NCBI GenBank assembly: GCA_035084275.1
Contig: CM068758.1
Coordinates: forward strand, 5,704,001 to 5,768,000
DNA from: Hydrolagus colliei
Lineage: Eukaryota
Length of the DNA stretch: 64,000 nucleotides
Direction of reading: 5' to 3'
The translations under genes and the position numbers were made by a program. The notes under the pieces were generated by a model. The model saw only the letters and a list, made by a program, of their open reading frames with translations. It was not told where the DNA came from and searched no databases. This document shows positions 13,870 to 24,875 of this stretch, piece after piece. Within the stretch, counting starts at the first letter, position 1. The number at the start of each line of letters is the position of its first letter.

Positions 13870-14250
13870 AATCAGTGTTTGATCCTGCAATGAAGGCACC
13901 AATCTAAGATCCAATCACTGATCGCCACCCTTCAATCATTCCTCCATCCATTTATTTTCCATGAATCCCACATTGTGTTAATTTCGGTTAATTTTGGCCA
14001 CAAGTCTAATGTGACACTTTATCAAATGCCTTATGAAAGTCCAAACAATTAACATTTATCAGATTTCCTCTAACTACATGCATTGTTATTTCCTCAACCT
14101 ATTTGATCAAATCACTCAGACACAGTCTGCCCTTTACAAAACCTAACCTTATCAGCTCCAACCTCTTGAAATGTTCAGTAATAATATTGTTCATTATGAC
14201 CTCGAGCAGTTTATTTCTAATTGACCAGATACTCACTTGCCTAGAGTGGC
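13870..14250 (-). mobile_element. CR1 LINE reverse transcriptase fragment
   Basis: Minus strand ttggactttcataaggcatttgataaagtgtcacat = LDFHKAFDKVSH, the CR1 RT motif LDF.KAFDKVPH. Confidence 0.75.
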
Positions 14251-14989
14251 CCCAGCTCTACCATTTTGCCCTTCCTGAATGCTCAACAACAAATGCACAC
14301 CGCGAGGCAACCGTACAGAAACAAAGAGCGGAAGAGACACACACACATGGATATACGCAGAGGCATAGAATGAGAGAGAGAACGCGTATACATATTTCAT
14401 GCCACTAATGTAGGGTCACAGGCTATTGAACAAAATGTTACTATTCAACGGTTTCTAATTTGCATAATATATTCAGGTGCAGGAACTGAGATTAATTTCC
14501 ACTCAGAGCCTGGAGCAGCGTCAGATAATGCTCCAAAAACAGCACATTTTAATAGCTCTCCTCAGTAGTGGTCTAACTTCTGTCTCGGTGACTGACTGCC
14601 ATTATAAATATATGCAAAAGGGGGCAGATTAGGAGGAAATGTGAGCAAAGTGCATCCCACTGTCATGCCATAGGGCAACTTGCCTTATTGAACACCTCTG
14701 TTACCTAGAATATGGAATTTAAAATATTTCCTGTACATACACACACACAAATTTCTAACCAAATATCCCTAAATAATTTAAATGTATTGATCCCACAGAT
14801 GTAACATAACAGATGGAGACATGGTGCTATAGATATAAAAGAGCGAGTTTCTGTATGATCTTGTGGCAACAGATATAACAGAAGGAAGTGTAGTGTAACA
14901 AAGGCCGGTGTTGCGTAACTGGCTGCCATGTTTACCTACAAAATAGGACACTGCACGTGAAAGGCACTATCTAAATGTTATTTTGTTGT

Positions 14990-15535
14990 TGTTGTCCTAT
15001 CTGCCTATTCAGGCAGATGTTGAAGATCCCTCCACATAATAAAAGTAATAAAACCCATGGCATTTATTCGAGTTTCTCAGTGTCCTGGCCCAACAAATCC
15101 CCCTAAATACAATCGGTCACTCCGTGACTGCTTGTGAGGCATTGATGCGCGCAGCCGGGTGCCGCATTTCATCCACAAAATACAGTCAAACCACTTAAGA
15201 GTATATCCTGGCTTGTGCTTATGGACATCTCAACGATGTGGTATATCATATCAAACTCATGGATTATTATTATTACCAAATATAGTGAAGCGTTTTAGGC
15301 CTGCGTTCATCACCTCAAAGCTTAACTACAGAATCTCCCTTCTTGTTGGTCTCCCCAACTCGGCAGTTTGTGTCCTTTCCTGCACCAGGGCTCCGTGATC
15401 CCATCACCCCCACCTTAACTCTCTGCCCTTCCTAATCCCCACCCTGCCTCCCCATGCTCGATTCCTGACCCCTGACTTTCGGCTCCTCAGTCCTCCCAAC
15501 GTGAAGGGCAGTTTATAAATGTGATTTTGTTGTTT
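14990..15535 (+). mobile_element. Deu-type SINE 3' part followed by an L2 3' fragment
   Basis: gtgtcctggcccaaca Deu-like segment, then gcgttcatcacctcaaagcttaactac (AFITSKLNY) and an L2 tail. Confidence 0.6.
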
Positions 15536-16424
15536 GTGTGGAAGGCATTCTATCCAATGGAAAGGTTATTTAAAACCACCCAAGTAGACCATGGGAATCC
15601 CACTCTAAAACCCCACAGGTAAATCACAGTCAGTCTGTGTAAACTACCAGTTATCATTAATGATAGTTGGTCACCCTTCACAAATCCTATGGTGAACCAC
15701 TGCTTTTACACACCTGTGATGTCCCTTTATGATAAAAAGAAACTGGCCTGGTGAGGCTACTGTGGGGAGAAAAACAGTAATGGTGGGAACAAGCAGTCTG
15801 GAATAACATAACTTGTTATAACAGGATTTTCCTGTCTCTCTGTTTTACCGATGGCTGATACTGTTACTGCTGCCATTTCAGCTATAATAAGCCTGAAAAT
15901 ACCACATCAGTTGGCCTGTGTATTTTTTTAATAATGAAAGAATTTTGTCAGGCCCTCCCTTTCACACAGTGTGAGTGGAAGCCCACGAGGAATTTGCCAG
16001 AGTGACTAAAGTGGTCCAGCACTTAAGGTCCGAGTGTTGAGACTGGTGTGGCCCAGATCTGCAGAAACCAACACAGATGACTGGAAGGAAGCGGCTGACG
16101 TACAGCAAATTCCCTCTGAAGGCCACTCGGAACACAATGTAGAGGTCAATGGCATCCTTTGGGAAGGCAGAGGGTTAGAAATAAATGTTTTAATATGTTG
16201 CAGCCTGCAATGTCATAACAAGGGAGTATTTCAGCCTTTTCATTACAGCAAGTACCTCATAAATAATTTGAATCCATGAATAAAATTAGAAACGATGCTA
16301 CATAGTCTGCTAGTGATAAATGGATTGTCCCTAAAGATTTAAGATTCAAGATGCTTCTCTGTTGTAATTCTACTTTTTTTGTAGTTGTGGGGACATTTTG
16401 AAAGCTCAACATTTCACAAAGTAC

Positions 16425-16780
16425 CACAGTTAGTGGTTAGCACACTCGCATGCGAGAAGACCAGAGTTTAATTCCCGGGTGAGGCGGAAACTTACGCAAG
16501 CAAGTTTCCTAACTCCACACGCCTCTGTTTACCTAACAGTAAGTAGGAACCCGGTTGGTTAGTCTATTAGCGGATCACTTTCCGGGGGTAATAATCCACT
16601 CACCCAAAATAAATAAATAATAAGATGAAATTGGTCACTCAATCCACGATTATTTGTGGAACACTGTTGAGTGCAATTGACTGCTGTGTTTCACCCACAA
16701 AATACACAATCAATATACTGTACAATATATTATATGGACCTCTTTGGAATGTCTCAATGATGTACAACAGTTTTTCTGAT
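16425..16780 (+). mobile_element. Family A SINE, near full length
   Basis: agtggttagcacactcgc head, tttcctaactccacacgcctctgtttacctaacagtaagtagg core, Deu-like segment. Confidence 0.85.
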
Positions 16781-18674
16781 ATGAGTCTTTTTGCCCCACT
16801 ATATCTCAGTGGTCTCCTGCAACCCTATCACTTGGATTCATTCATCTCTGCGAATCGCAATTAAAACATCCTCGACGTGAAAGGCACTGTTAAATGGAAG
16901 TTGTTGTTTTCAACCAAGTTAACGCATGTTGAAATTTTTATATTTCACTGATTCGTGAATTCAGTACATGCTACTGAATTCTACATAAGCTACGTATGAT
17001 AAAGATGATTCCTGAATAATTACTGGATCAGTGTATTTGCCGCTTTGTGGACTTCAGTGTAAAAGATGTCGCCATTCCTTCACGTACTGATAATAAACAT
17101 TTGTACTTAGCCTTTCGCTTCTTTACACTGGAAAATTAAAGCAATGATGCCTGCTGTGCCAGGTGTGTGCTATTCAATCTCCTCGGGAACAAATGTGTAA
17201 ATACTCCACAAGCCTTTCAAGTCTTAAAATTATTCGTATCTTCATTCTTTATCTTGCCTTTACCTCTTCCAGGCAGAATGGAAGTAGATAATTTATCTGG
17301 AGAATCAAGTCGTGAATGGGGGAATACACAGCACCATCCTTCAGAATATAATGTGATTCAACAGAATGTGCTTTACTTTCAACATGTTAGGAAATTGTTT
17401 TACAGATACGATACACTGAATAGAGACAGGTTTGATAGGGAATTAATTGAATTAATTTTGATAGCAAAGATTATGTTAATTGATAGAAATGGGATTTCAA
17501 AATAGTAATTTTTTTCTGTTCCTATACATTCAGATGCCTCAATACGTCTCACTGCAGGCTCTGAAAGCAAATTGCTAACGTGTTGATAGGAAGGAGCTAA
17601 CCTTCCCAGCTGCTGTGTCCCTTACACTGGGAATCCTCTTTGGATTGCCTTCTCAATGACTAGAAGTTGCCACGCTGTCAGTGGTCAGCCTGGAATTGTA
17701 ACCAATTGATTTTCTAATGCAAACAAAAATAAACTTGCCATGCCAGGGTTCAGTTCGAGCACATGCTGACTGACACCAGAACTGTTGACTTGCTCCCTCA
17801 CCATGTTAAGTATAACATTATCTCAGCTGTTCACTCTATGGATAAATTTCCCTACCCCCAATGAGATTTCAACACTATTGTTTTAAATTTGAATAAAGCA
17901 CTGGGAGATCATATGAAGTAATTCTGTTGTGGCTCATGTGAGATTTGGTCAGAGTTCAGAATCTAAAAAAGTACAACAAATCAAAGAACAAGCCTTGGAG
18001 TCTTTCACGAAGCTCTGAGAAAAACTGGGACATTCGTGGGTTTGAAGTGAAATGCATGACCGTAAAATAGATATAATTTTAGGGGTATTTGTTTTTGTGG
18101 AATGGGGGGTTCCTGAGAAATGAAACAGTTCAACAGTTCAAGGATTTGGTGTCACCATCAAACATACTCAGGTCCAGCATCTTATTGGACAGATGCAGAA
18201 CAAAGGTTATAGCTCTCCCAGTTATATGCATTAAATCCATCCTCAGTATAGCTGGGTAGAGCTCAGGAATGCTACAGTATCATTCATTTCCTGCATTAGC
18301 CATTCCTATCACCTTGAAGTCAGATTGCCATTTTAGTAGCAAATTAACTGTCCACATCCATTAATGTTTAATGGACCATAATAAACAGTAGAGATTCAAT
18401 TCAAGCCTTCTGTCCGGCTTGAATTAGGTCAGAAGCACTGTGATAATGTAGTGATATTGTAGAAGAATAAAACAAGGCAGAATCATAACAAAATCCTCAA
18501 GGTGCTTGAGAACTGGTGTTGTTGAATCCATGTCAAAGACTCCAAGTTGAACAATATAATTCAGTATCAATATGTCTAACCAAAGAACCAGGATATAAGG
18601 AAGCACATATTTTAAGAGTAAAAAGTCATAATTTAACAGCACTTGTATCGTTATGGGATCAGGGCCTCACTCAC

Positions 18675-18728
18675 CTGCAGGCTCTTCTGTACTGCTGACC
18701 ACAGATGTCGGTGGAACTGCTGGGATCT
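18675..18728 (-). CDS. NTN3: Netrin 54-nt linker exon between LE3 and the NTR/C345C domain: (K)IPAVPPTSVVSSTEEPA(D)
   Basis: Not captured in the coding frame by the ORF track; read directly. Minus strand tttcctttattttcgcag|AGATCCCAGCAGTTCCACCGACATCTGTGGTCAGCAGTACAGAAGAGCCTGCAG|gtgagt. Matches the netrin KIP...SSTEEPAD linker and joins the previous exon in frame. Confidence 0.92.
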
Positions 18729-19177
18729 CTGCGAAAATAAAGGAAATTCTGTAATGCGCAGCTTTGAAGGGAACACATAGACAAAGATGATATCCTCACT
18801 CACTCTCAGGTCTGCTTTGGCAATCAAATGATGGAAGGAATACAATTTGGAGATACAATTCTGCCAACTCAAACTAGGTTCATTGCAACACTGAAGCCTG
18901 ATTAATTGATGCTTCTCGAATAAGGATGGACCGGAAAGGTCAGCTCACAATCTGTGCTGCAGTGAAGCATTCACTTACTTTGAACCTACCAAAATAATGT
19001 CTAAATTATCTAATCAAATTAGCATTGAGTTCAAACCCCATATTGGGAATAGGAGTCACACAAGTCCAAGCTGACACTACAATGCATTGCTTGGGGTGGG
19101 GAGGGGTGCGGGGTGGGGGTGCAATGAGGGAGAAGTGTTCTTCGGATATCATGTTAAACTGAGGTCTCATCTACAAA

Positions 19178-20160
19178 AATAATAATCCTTTCATTTGATA
19201 TAACCACCTTATCACGTCGTTGGGACATCTCAAAGTGCTTCATAGCATAGACTGTAAAGTGTAGTGACTGCATATTGGGTGGCCGAAACACAGCTGGCAA
19301 CTGTGCACAGCATTGTCTACAAACAGGCATAAATTGAGTCACCAAATTATTATTTTTTTGAAGGAATTATTACCCTCTGGAATAGGGTCCGTCGATATGG
19401 AAATTTTCCGATTTAGATATATCAACGGGCTCATATTGAGGTATACCGACATATCGATATTTTCGGGGGGTTTCGTACTGCGCATGCGCATTCGGGAGTG
19501 CACGCGCATTCGGAGGTGCGCGCGCATTCGGGGCCTATTTCCTCAGGAGGTAAATATCTCTCTCGCTGTGTCTCTCACACTCACTCTCTCCATCTCTGTG
19601 TTTTTCTGTCTGTGTCTCTGTGTCTCTCTCCTCTCTCACATCCCCCCCCTATCTCTATCTATCTGAATATTATCACATCCCCCCCGTCTCCCCCCCACCG
19701 GTCTCTCTCTCTCCCTCCCCCCGCCCCCCCCCCCCGGTCTCTCTCTCTCCCTCCCCCTCCCCCCCGGGTCTCTCTCCCTCTCCCCGCCCGTTCCCCCCCC
19801 ACCCTGGTCTCTCTCCGCTCACCCCCCCCGTCTCTCCCCTCACCCCTTGCATACCTGTATATTGTATTCGAGGACTATGAATACAATATGGCGGCTTGCA
19901 CCTCGGTCTGTGCATTGTATATAGAGATGAGCATTCTGGGACTTGTAGTTCGGTGCGCGCACATGCCGATTTTTTTCAATATATCGGTTTTTTTCAATAT
20001 CGATATATCGATATTTTTAAAATGTCTATATCGGCATATCGATATGAAAATTATATCGGATATAACCGATATATCGATGGACCCTACTCTGGAAAGCAAT
20101 CAGCCAATCGACTAACAATTAGATTCCGACTTACTGCTTGGTAAACAGAAGTGTGTGTAT
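19178..20160 (-). mobile_element. Family A SINE interrupted by the hAT MITE
   Basis: 19178-19382 and 20095-20160 join collinearly against the 43104-43470 copy once the MITE and one TSD are removed. Confidence 0.85.
19383..20086. mobile_element. Non-autonomous hAT-type DNA transposon (MITE), 704 bp, nested in a SINE
   Basis: TIRs tagggtccgtcgatat ... atatcgatggacccta (15/16 match). Perfect 8-bp TSD ctctggaa at 19375-19382 and 20087-20094. Subterminal CGATAT/ATATCG arrays; no transposase ORF. Confidence 0.92.
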
Positions 20161-22089
20161 GTGGGGAGTAAATTACTCTGTACACTTGTTGTACCTGACC
20201 TCAAAATGCATACTCCTTGGACAATTCTCAAGAATGATTGCCAGGTAGTAGTCGAATTTTTTTAATATAAATTAATTCACAGCTTGCACCCAGGGCAATA
20301 TTCTGACCATCACACACTAACAAGTTCTTTGTTCATGTTATTTTAATTATTTTATTAATTTTTCATTGCACTCTACCCAGTGGATACCAACACTATATTG
20401 TTCAATAAGTCATAGGGATGAGAACAAAGTAGAGCAATCTTTCAATGCCTTAAACACTTCTCAACATTAAACTTGAGACAAAGGCCGATAGAGTTCAGAT
20501 TGAGAAGGGATACTGAGTTTGACAGCTGGATGGGCATCACAAGATCAGTTTCGATGAAGAAGGCCGTTCGGCCCATCTGATCTCATCCTTCCAGACGCCA
20601 ATCCCCCCACCTCCCATTAGCAGTAGAGAATGTCAGCGCTTTGGGATGTCCTTCCGACGTGAAAGGCACTATATAAATGCAATTTTGTTGTTGTTGTTGT
20701 CATTAACATGGTACATAGGAGGTACAGATACAAGGTGTTGGCTGGCAATAGTTACTAACCCTGAGAATGTATGAAACTAGATTGACAGCAGTAAGCACAT
20801 GGTTAGTGAAAGATTTCTGGGGTAGGAAGAGTTACTGAGAATGTAATTACAATTACTGAATGCCCTTTCGTCTGCCCCAAACCTCGATTTCTAATCACTA
20901 TGAATTGAGGCAGAACTATCTAGAAACAGTTTAAGTGCCAGCACTGTCCTCATCCTTTGAAGCTTCCAAAAGATTGCGGTTGCCCACTTTATCTTTCCTT
21001 GCCCTGGAGGTTCACCCCCAAAATATTGCGTGCTTCACTGCCGTCATTCTGGTTCCATTTCTGAACATGAAACTGATGGTGTAACGGATCCACCAGGAGA
21101 GAAAACCCCATCACTGATGCCCGACAACCTTGAATCAGCACACTTGTTATTCTTTCCCAATTTCTGCACGGTTTATTTTACCACTCACCCGATCTTACAC
21201 AAACACAGCAAATTCCAAGGTCTGGCCACTTGGAAGACCGTTTGCTATGGAACGTTACAGCATTAACCCTTCACTTCCACCCCAAATAAGACAGCTTGAG
21301 GAAGGGATATTGCTTATGTTTCAGCAGCTGATTCAATTGGATATTTCCAGAGATATGGCTACCTTCTCAAAGGAGCCCAGTTATGGAATAGAACAGGGGG
21401 CGAAACTGAAGGCACGAGTCATTGATCAATTCGTAGATACAAAAAATATTGAAATGAAGAGCAGATGAATTACAGAAGTTAAACACCACAAGCCTCCACC
21501 CCATTCCCTGGTTGGAATCCTATCAGGCCACAGATTTGAGAGCAAGCCAGACACTCGCTAGAGATCGCAGACTTGTCTAAATAAACTCTCTAAAGACAGA
21601 TGGTGGAACTCAAAGCACAGAGCAGACAGAGAGGTCAGTGTTCCTGAGTGTAAGTGATTACCCAGCATCTCTTTAAGTACCTTTCAGCTTTCTTTTCCTC
21701 TTTCTCCCTCTCTCTCAATATAACTCTCCTGAGCTCCTCTCTCTCCTCATGTTGTCTCTTTTCTTTTGCTTTGCTGTTTAAGTTTCAATTCTTAAAACTA
21801 ATACATTACTCTCAAAGATAAAACATGAATGGCGAAAAAGGACACGTGTCAAGTTAGGACTGCCCCACTCATTCGTGTCGAGAAAATGGAGATACATCGA
21901 CACCTTGATGATTGCGTGGATTACTGCAGACATGCCGTGCCTTGTGTGTCTCCTCTGAGACAGTTTATTTCCAGTTTTGGGGAGATTAGATTGCATAAAT
22001 TGAACTAACAACCTAGAGATGCAAAGCTAATGGGAACCTGGGTGCATTATATATGCAGACCCAAGACCGTGAAAAAGAGAGCACATAGA

Positions 22090-22375
22090 AAGCTCCCTGA
22101 TGGATCAGTTGGTAAGTATAATGTTATAGAGTTATTTGACCACAAGTATGGGGCGCTACAATGACCTCAGCACTCATGGGCTAGGAAGGGGGAAAACATT
22201 CAGGGATTCTATTCTGGATTCCAATCCAGTGACTCTTGTTGGAAAGTGGATGTGTTTAGACGTCAAGGGAGGACAGAATCAAACTCAGCTGTGATAACCT
22301 CCCATTCGTCAATAGCTTCAGTGTTGGACTCGTGTGTGAAGACTGGCCACAGGGAGCGAGGTATCGGTGTATCCA
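22090..22375 (+). mobile_element. AmnSINE2-like ancient SINE
   Basis: ggggcgctacaatgacctcagcactcatgggctaggaagggggaaaa..atccagtgactcttgttggaaagtg..aggacagaatc..gaagactggccac resembles the recalled AmnSINE2 consensus; related copies at 43670 and 51818. Confidence 0.7.
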
Positions 22376-23589
22376 GCACGAGTCTATGCGTTCAGGAGAC
22401 AAAAGGAGAAAACTGAAGGGAAGATTTGTAAGCAGACATAAGAACATAGGAATGTACAGGATCAGAAAAGACCTCTGTGGTCCATCTGGCTGGTCCCAAA
22501 GTAAAAAATAAATAAATCTTCCACTATTCCATCTCACATACTCCTCGTACAGATGTGGAAAAATAGCCATAGACCCAACAGGACGATGGTATGCTATGCA
22601 GGGCAGCCAGCAAGCACACTGTTAATATCAGCAGCAAGACAAACCTCTGCTGACCCATGTGTGTACACGAGTGAGTTTTAACATAACAAATTTGGGCGAA
22701 TTTAACAAATTAAAGGTGAAGAGCTGCTGACACTTGGAATGGGGTGGGGGACGTGAAATTCTTTATTAGGAACATATTGTGTTACAACAGGGAGGAAGGA
22801 AAGAAAAATAAATGGATTGGCAGCAAACGCAAAGGTTAGCAAAGGTAAAAATGGGCTGCAGAACAGCACAGCGAGGCTGGCACCAAGCCCAGCAGAGGTA
22901 CAAGATGAAAATACTGCACAGGCAGTCGAGAGAGAAGAGTTTAGATGGGGACCCGACCAAGGTTTGTTTTTTAGTTCAGCTAGTGATCCACACTCTGTAC
23001 TGGTCTTGTGATTAACCATATACCACAATGCAGAGGGAGCTGAAATCTAGATGTGTTCACAATACTTTTCACTGAAGAACAGAGAAAAATTAAGTTCTGA
23101 AAACAATATTTTTTTAAAATCAGCCTCGTTTCTGACACACAGGGAAATCCAAAACCATTATCGTGCTTAACAGCCTCCAAACCAAACTACTGAGAATTCC
23201 ACACATGGATGGGTTCTTTTTGTTTGGTATGTAGTACTCACTCTCTCTTTAGAGGAACACACACCCTAATTTACCTAATATCTCAGAGTTTAGGTACAGT
23301 TTGGCAAGAGCCAAGTTTCGGGTTCAAGTGCCCACGATTTAACTTGAGTTTAGCTAAATATATGCAGCTTGCCATGACAAACACTAGCAATTTTCTCATT
23401 ACTAGTCATCTAGGTCCACCCTACATATTAGGGATTTGGTTTGTAAGGTTAACAAGGGCTGAGTGGAAGGATCCCCTAGAGATCAGTTCGCTTCTTCAAA
23501 TTCTGATTAAGATTACAAGTCATTTTTCAAAACTACCTTGAAGTACATTGGATCTGCCTCAAAAACTGGACAACTAGGATGGCTACAAT

Positions 23590-24150
23590 AACTGATTCAA
23601 TTCCAATCTTCCATTGGAGCCAACTCAGTCCAAAAGAGATCCACTGACCTTCAAATGCATTCCTCGGTTCACTACCCCAGCTGCACCATTCACAAGCTCC
23701 AGATTATCTGAAATGCTACTGCCTTCATCTTCACATGCACCAAACTCCCTAGTCCTCTCCAGCCTCCACCGTCTCACTGAGGATAAATTTCAAGTTCCTC
23801 ACCATCATCATTTCATGTCCCAGCACTTCCCAATCTCTGATTTGTTTATCCAGTGCTCTGCTCTCCCACTCTTCCAGACTGACGTGAAATTGCCACACAT
23901 CCCCTGCCTCCTTCCTGATCCAATCAATGATTGAGTCTTTCAATACTATGCTTCTAACCTCTGGAATTTCCTCTCTCTCCCCTTCCATTGATCTTCAAAT
24001 CCCATCTTAAAACCTTTCTCATTGGCTGTGTCTATGGGCATCTCCCACTTCCCACTCTCCTCTCTCTTTCTCATTATTCAATACTATCTTTGTAAAGCAC
24101 TTCAAGACCTTGTAGATGTGAAGGGCACTATATAAATGCAAGTTGTACAT
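23590..24150 (+). mobile_element. Old L2 3' fragment
   Basis: Degenerate LHRL..DKFQV region, ctctggaatttcctc, tail tgtgaagggcactatataaatgcaagttgt. Confidence 0.65.
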
Positions 24151-24759
24151 TTTCTTGGAACAGAATGTCTGCCCAAAGCTATTGCTCCCAATAATATCAC
24201 TGGTTCCTCCCTGTAGGACGTATTGTTGGCCAAGTGCAGGAGGAGGCAAGAGCCTTGGATTGCTCGTGTGAAATTGTTTCACTATAGGGAAGCTTTGTAG
24301 CAAGGTTATTTTCCTTTATTCTAGCAGGTATGCCATGAGTAAAGCTACTTCTCCCTGGGCTTTAGTTGACTTTTATTATCCAACTCAAAATCAAGACAGA
24401 CTTGCAGAAAAGAAGTGCTCTAATTAGGAGTGGAAATATGTCCCATATAATAATAAGGGTGGAGGTACCCAAGATCACAAGAAAGGTCTGGATGAAACCA
24501 TTTCTGTTTTGCTTTGTTTTAGTTGTGAGTTGACTTCTTTCACAACTAAGAACTGCAGAGCACGGTTGAATAGTGGAGACCCGGGTAAAGATTAACAGTC
24601 TGGGTTACTATTGGGAAGCAGAACTTTCCAATAATAGATATAATAGGTAAGGATGGAATCCACAATAGGGTAGGCTTTATATGGAGTGAGTAAGGAACAA
24701 ACTTGAACAGATTTCTCTCTTGTTAATATTTTCTGATGTTTTTGTGTCAAGACAGACCC

Positions 24760-24875
24760 GAATAAGCTTGATGGCCCTTCTGTGCACCATCTTCAGTGAC
24801 TGCACATGCTAAGTTGGGTGCCTAGAACTGGACACAGTGCTCAAGGTAGGTCCACATCAGAGCATGCAACAGTGT
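24760..24875 (-). mobile_element. Short CR1 ORF2 fragment
   Basis: Minus translation ..TYLEHCVQF* resembles CR1 RPHLEYCVQFWSP. Confidence 0.6.

Noticed and set aside
17240-17505. Plus-strand acceptor-like site (ccttt acctcttccag) followed by an open frame
   Set aside because: No recognisable protein similarity or matching donor; cannot be supported without transcript data.
1-18674. Downstream netrin exons (DCDSYCK..KKDY and the terminal NTR exon)
   Set aside because: Searched the minus strand by eye and found no match; presumably beyond the left window edge, though a miss cannot be excluded.
19313-20144. Overlapping ORFs up to 205 aa, Pro/Ser-rich
   Set aside because: They arise from the low-complexity, stop-poor interior of the MITE and have no transposase motifs.
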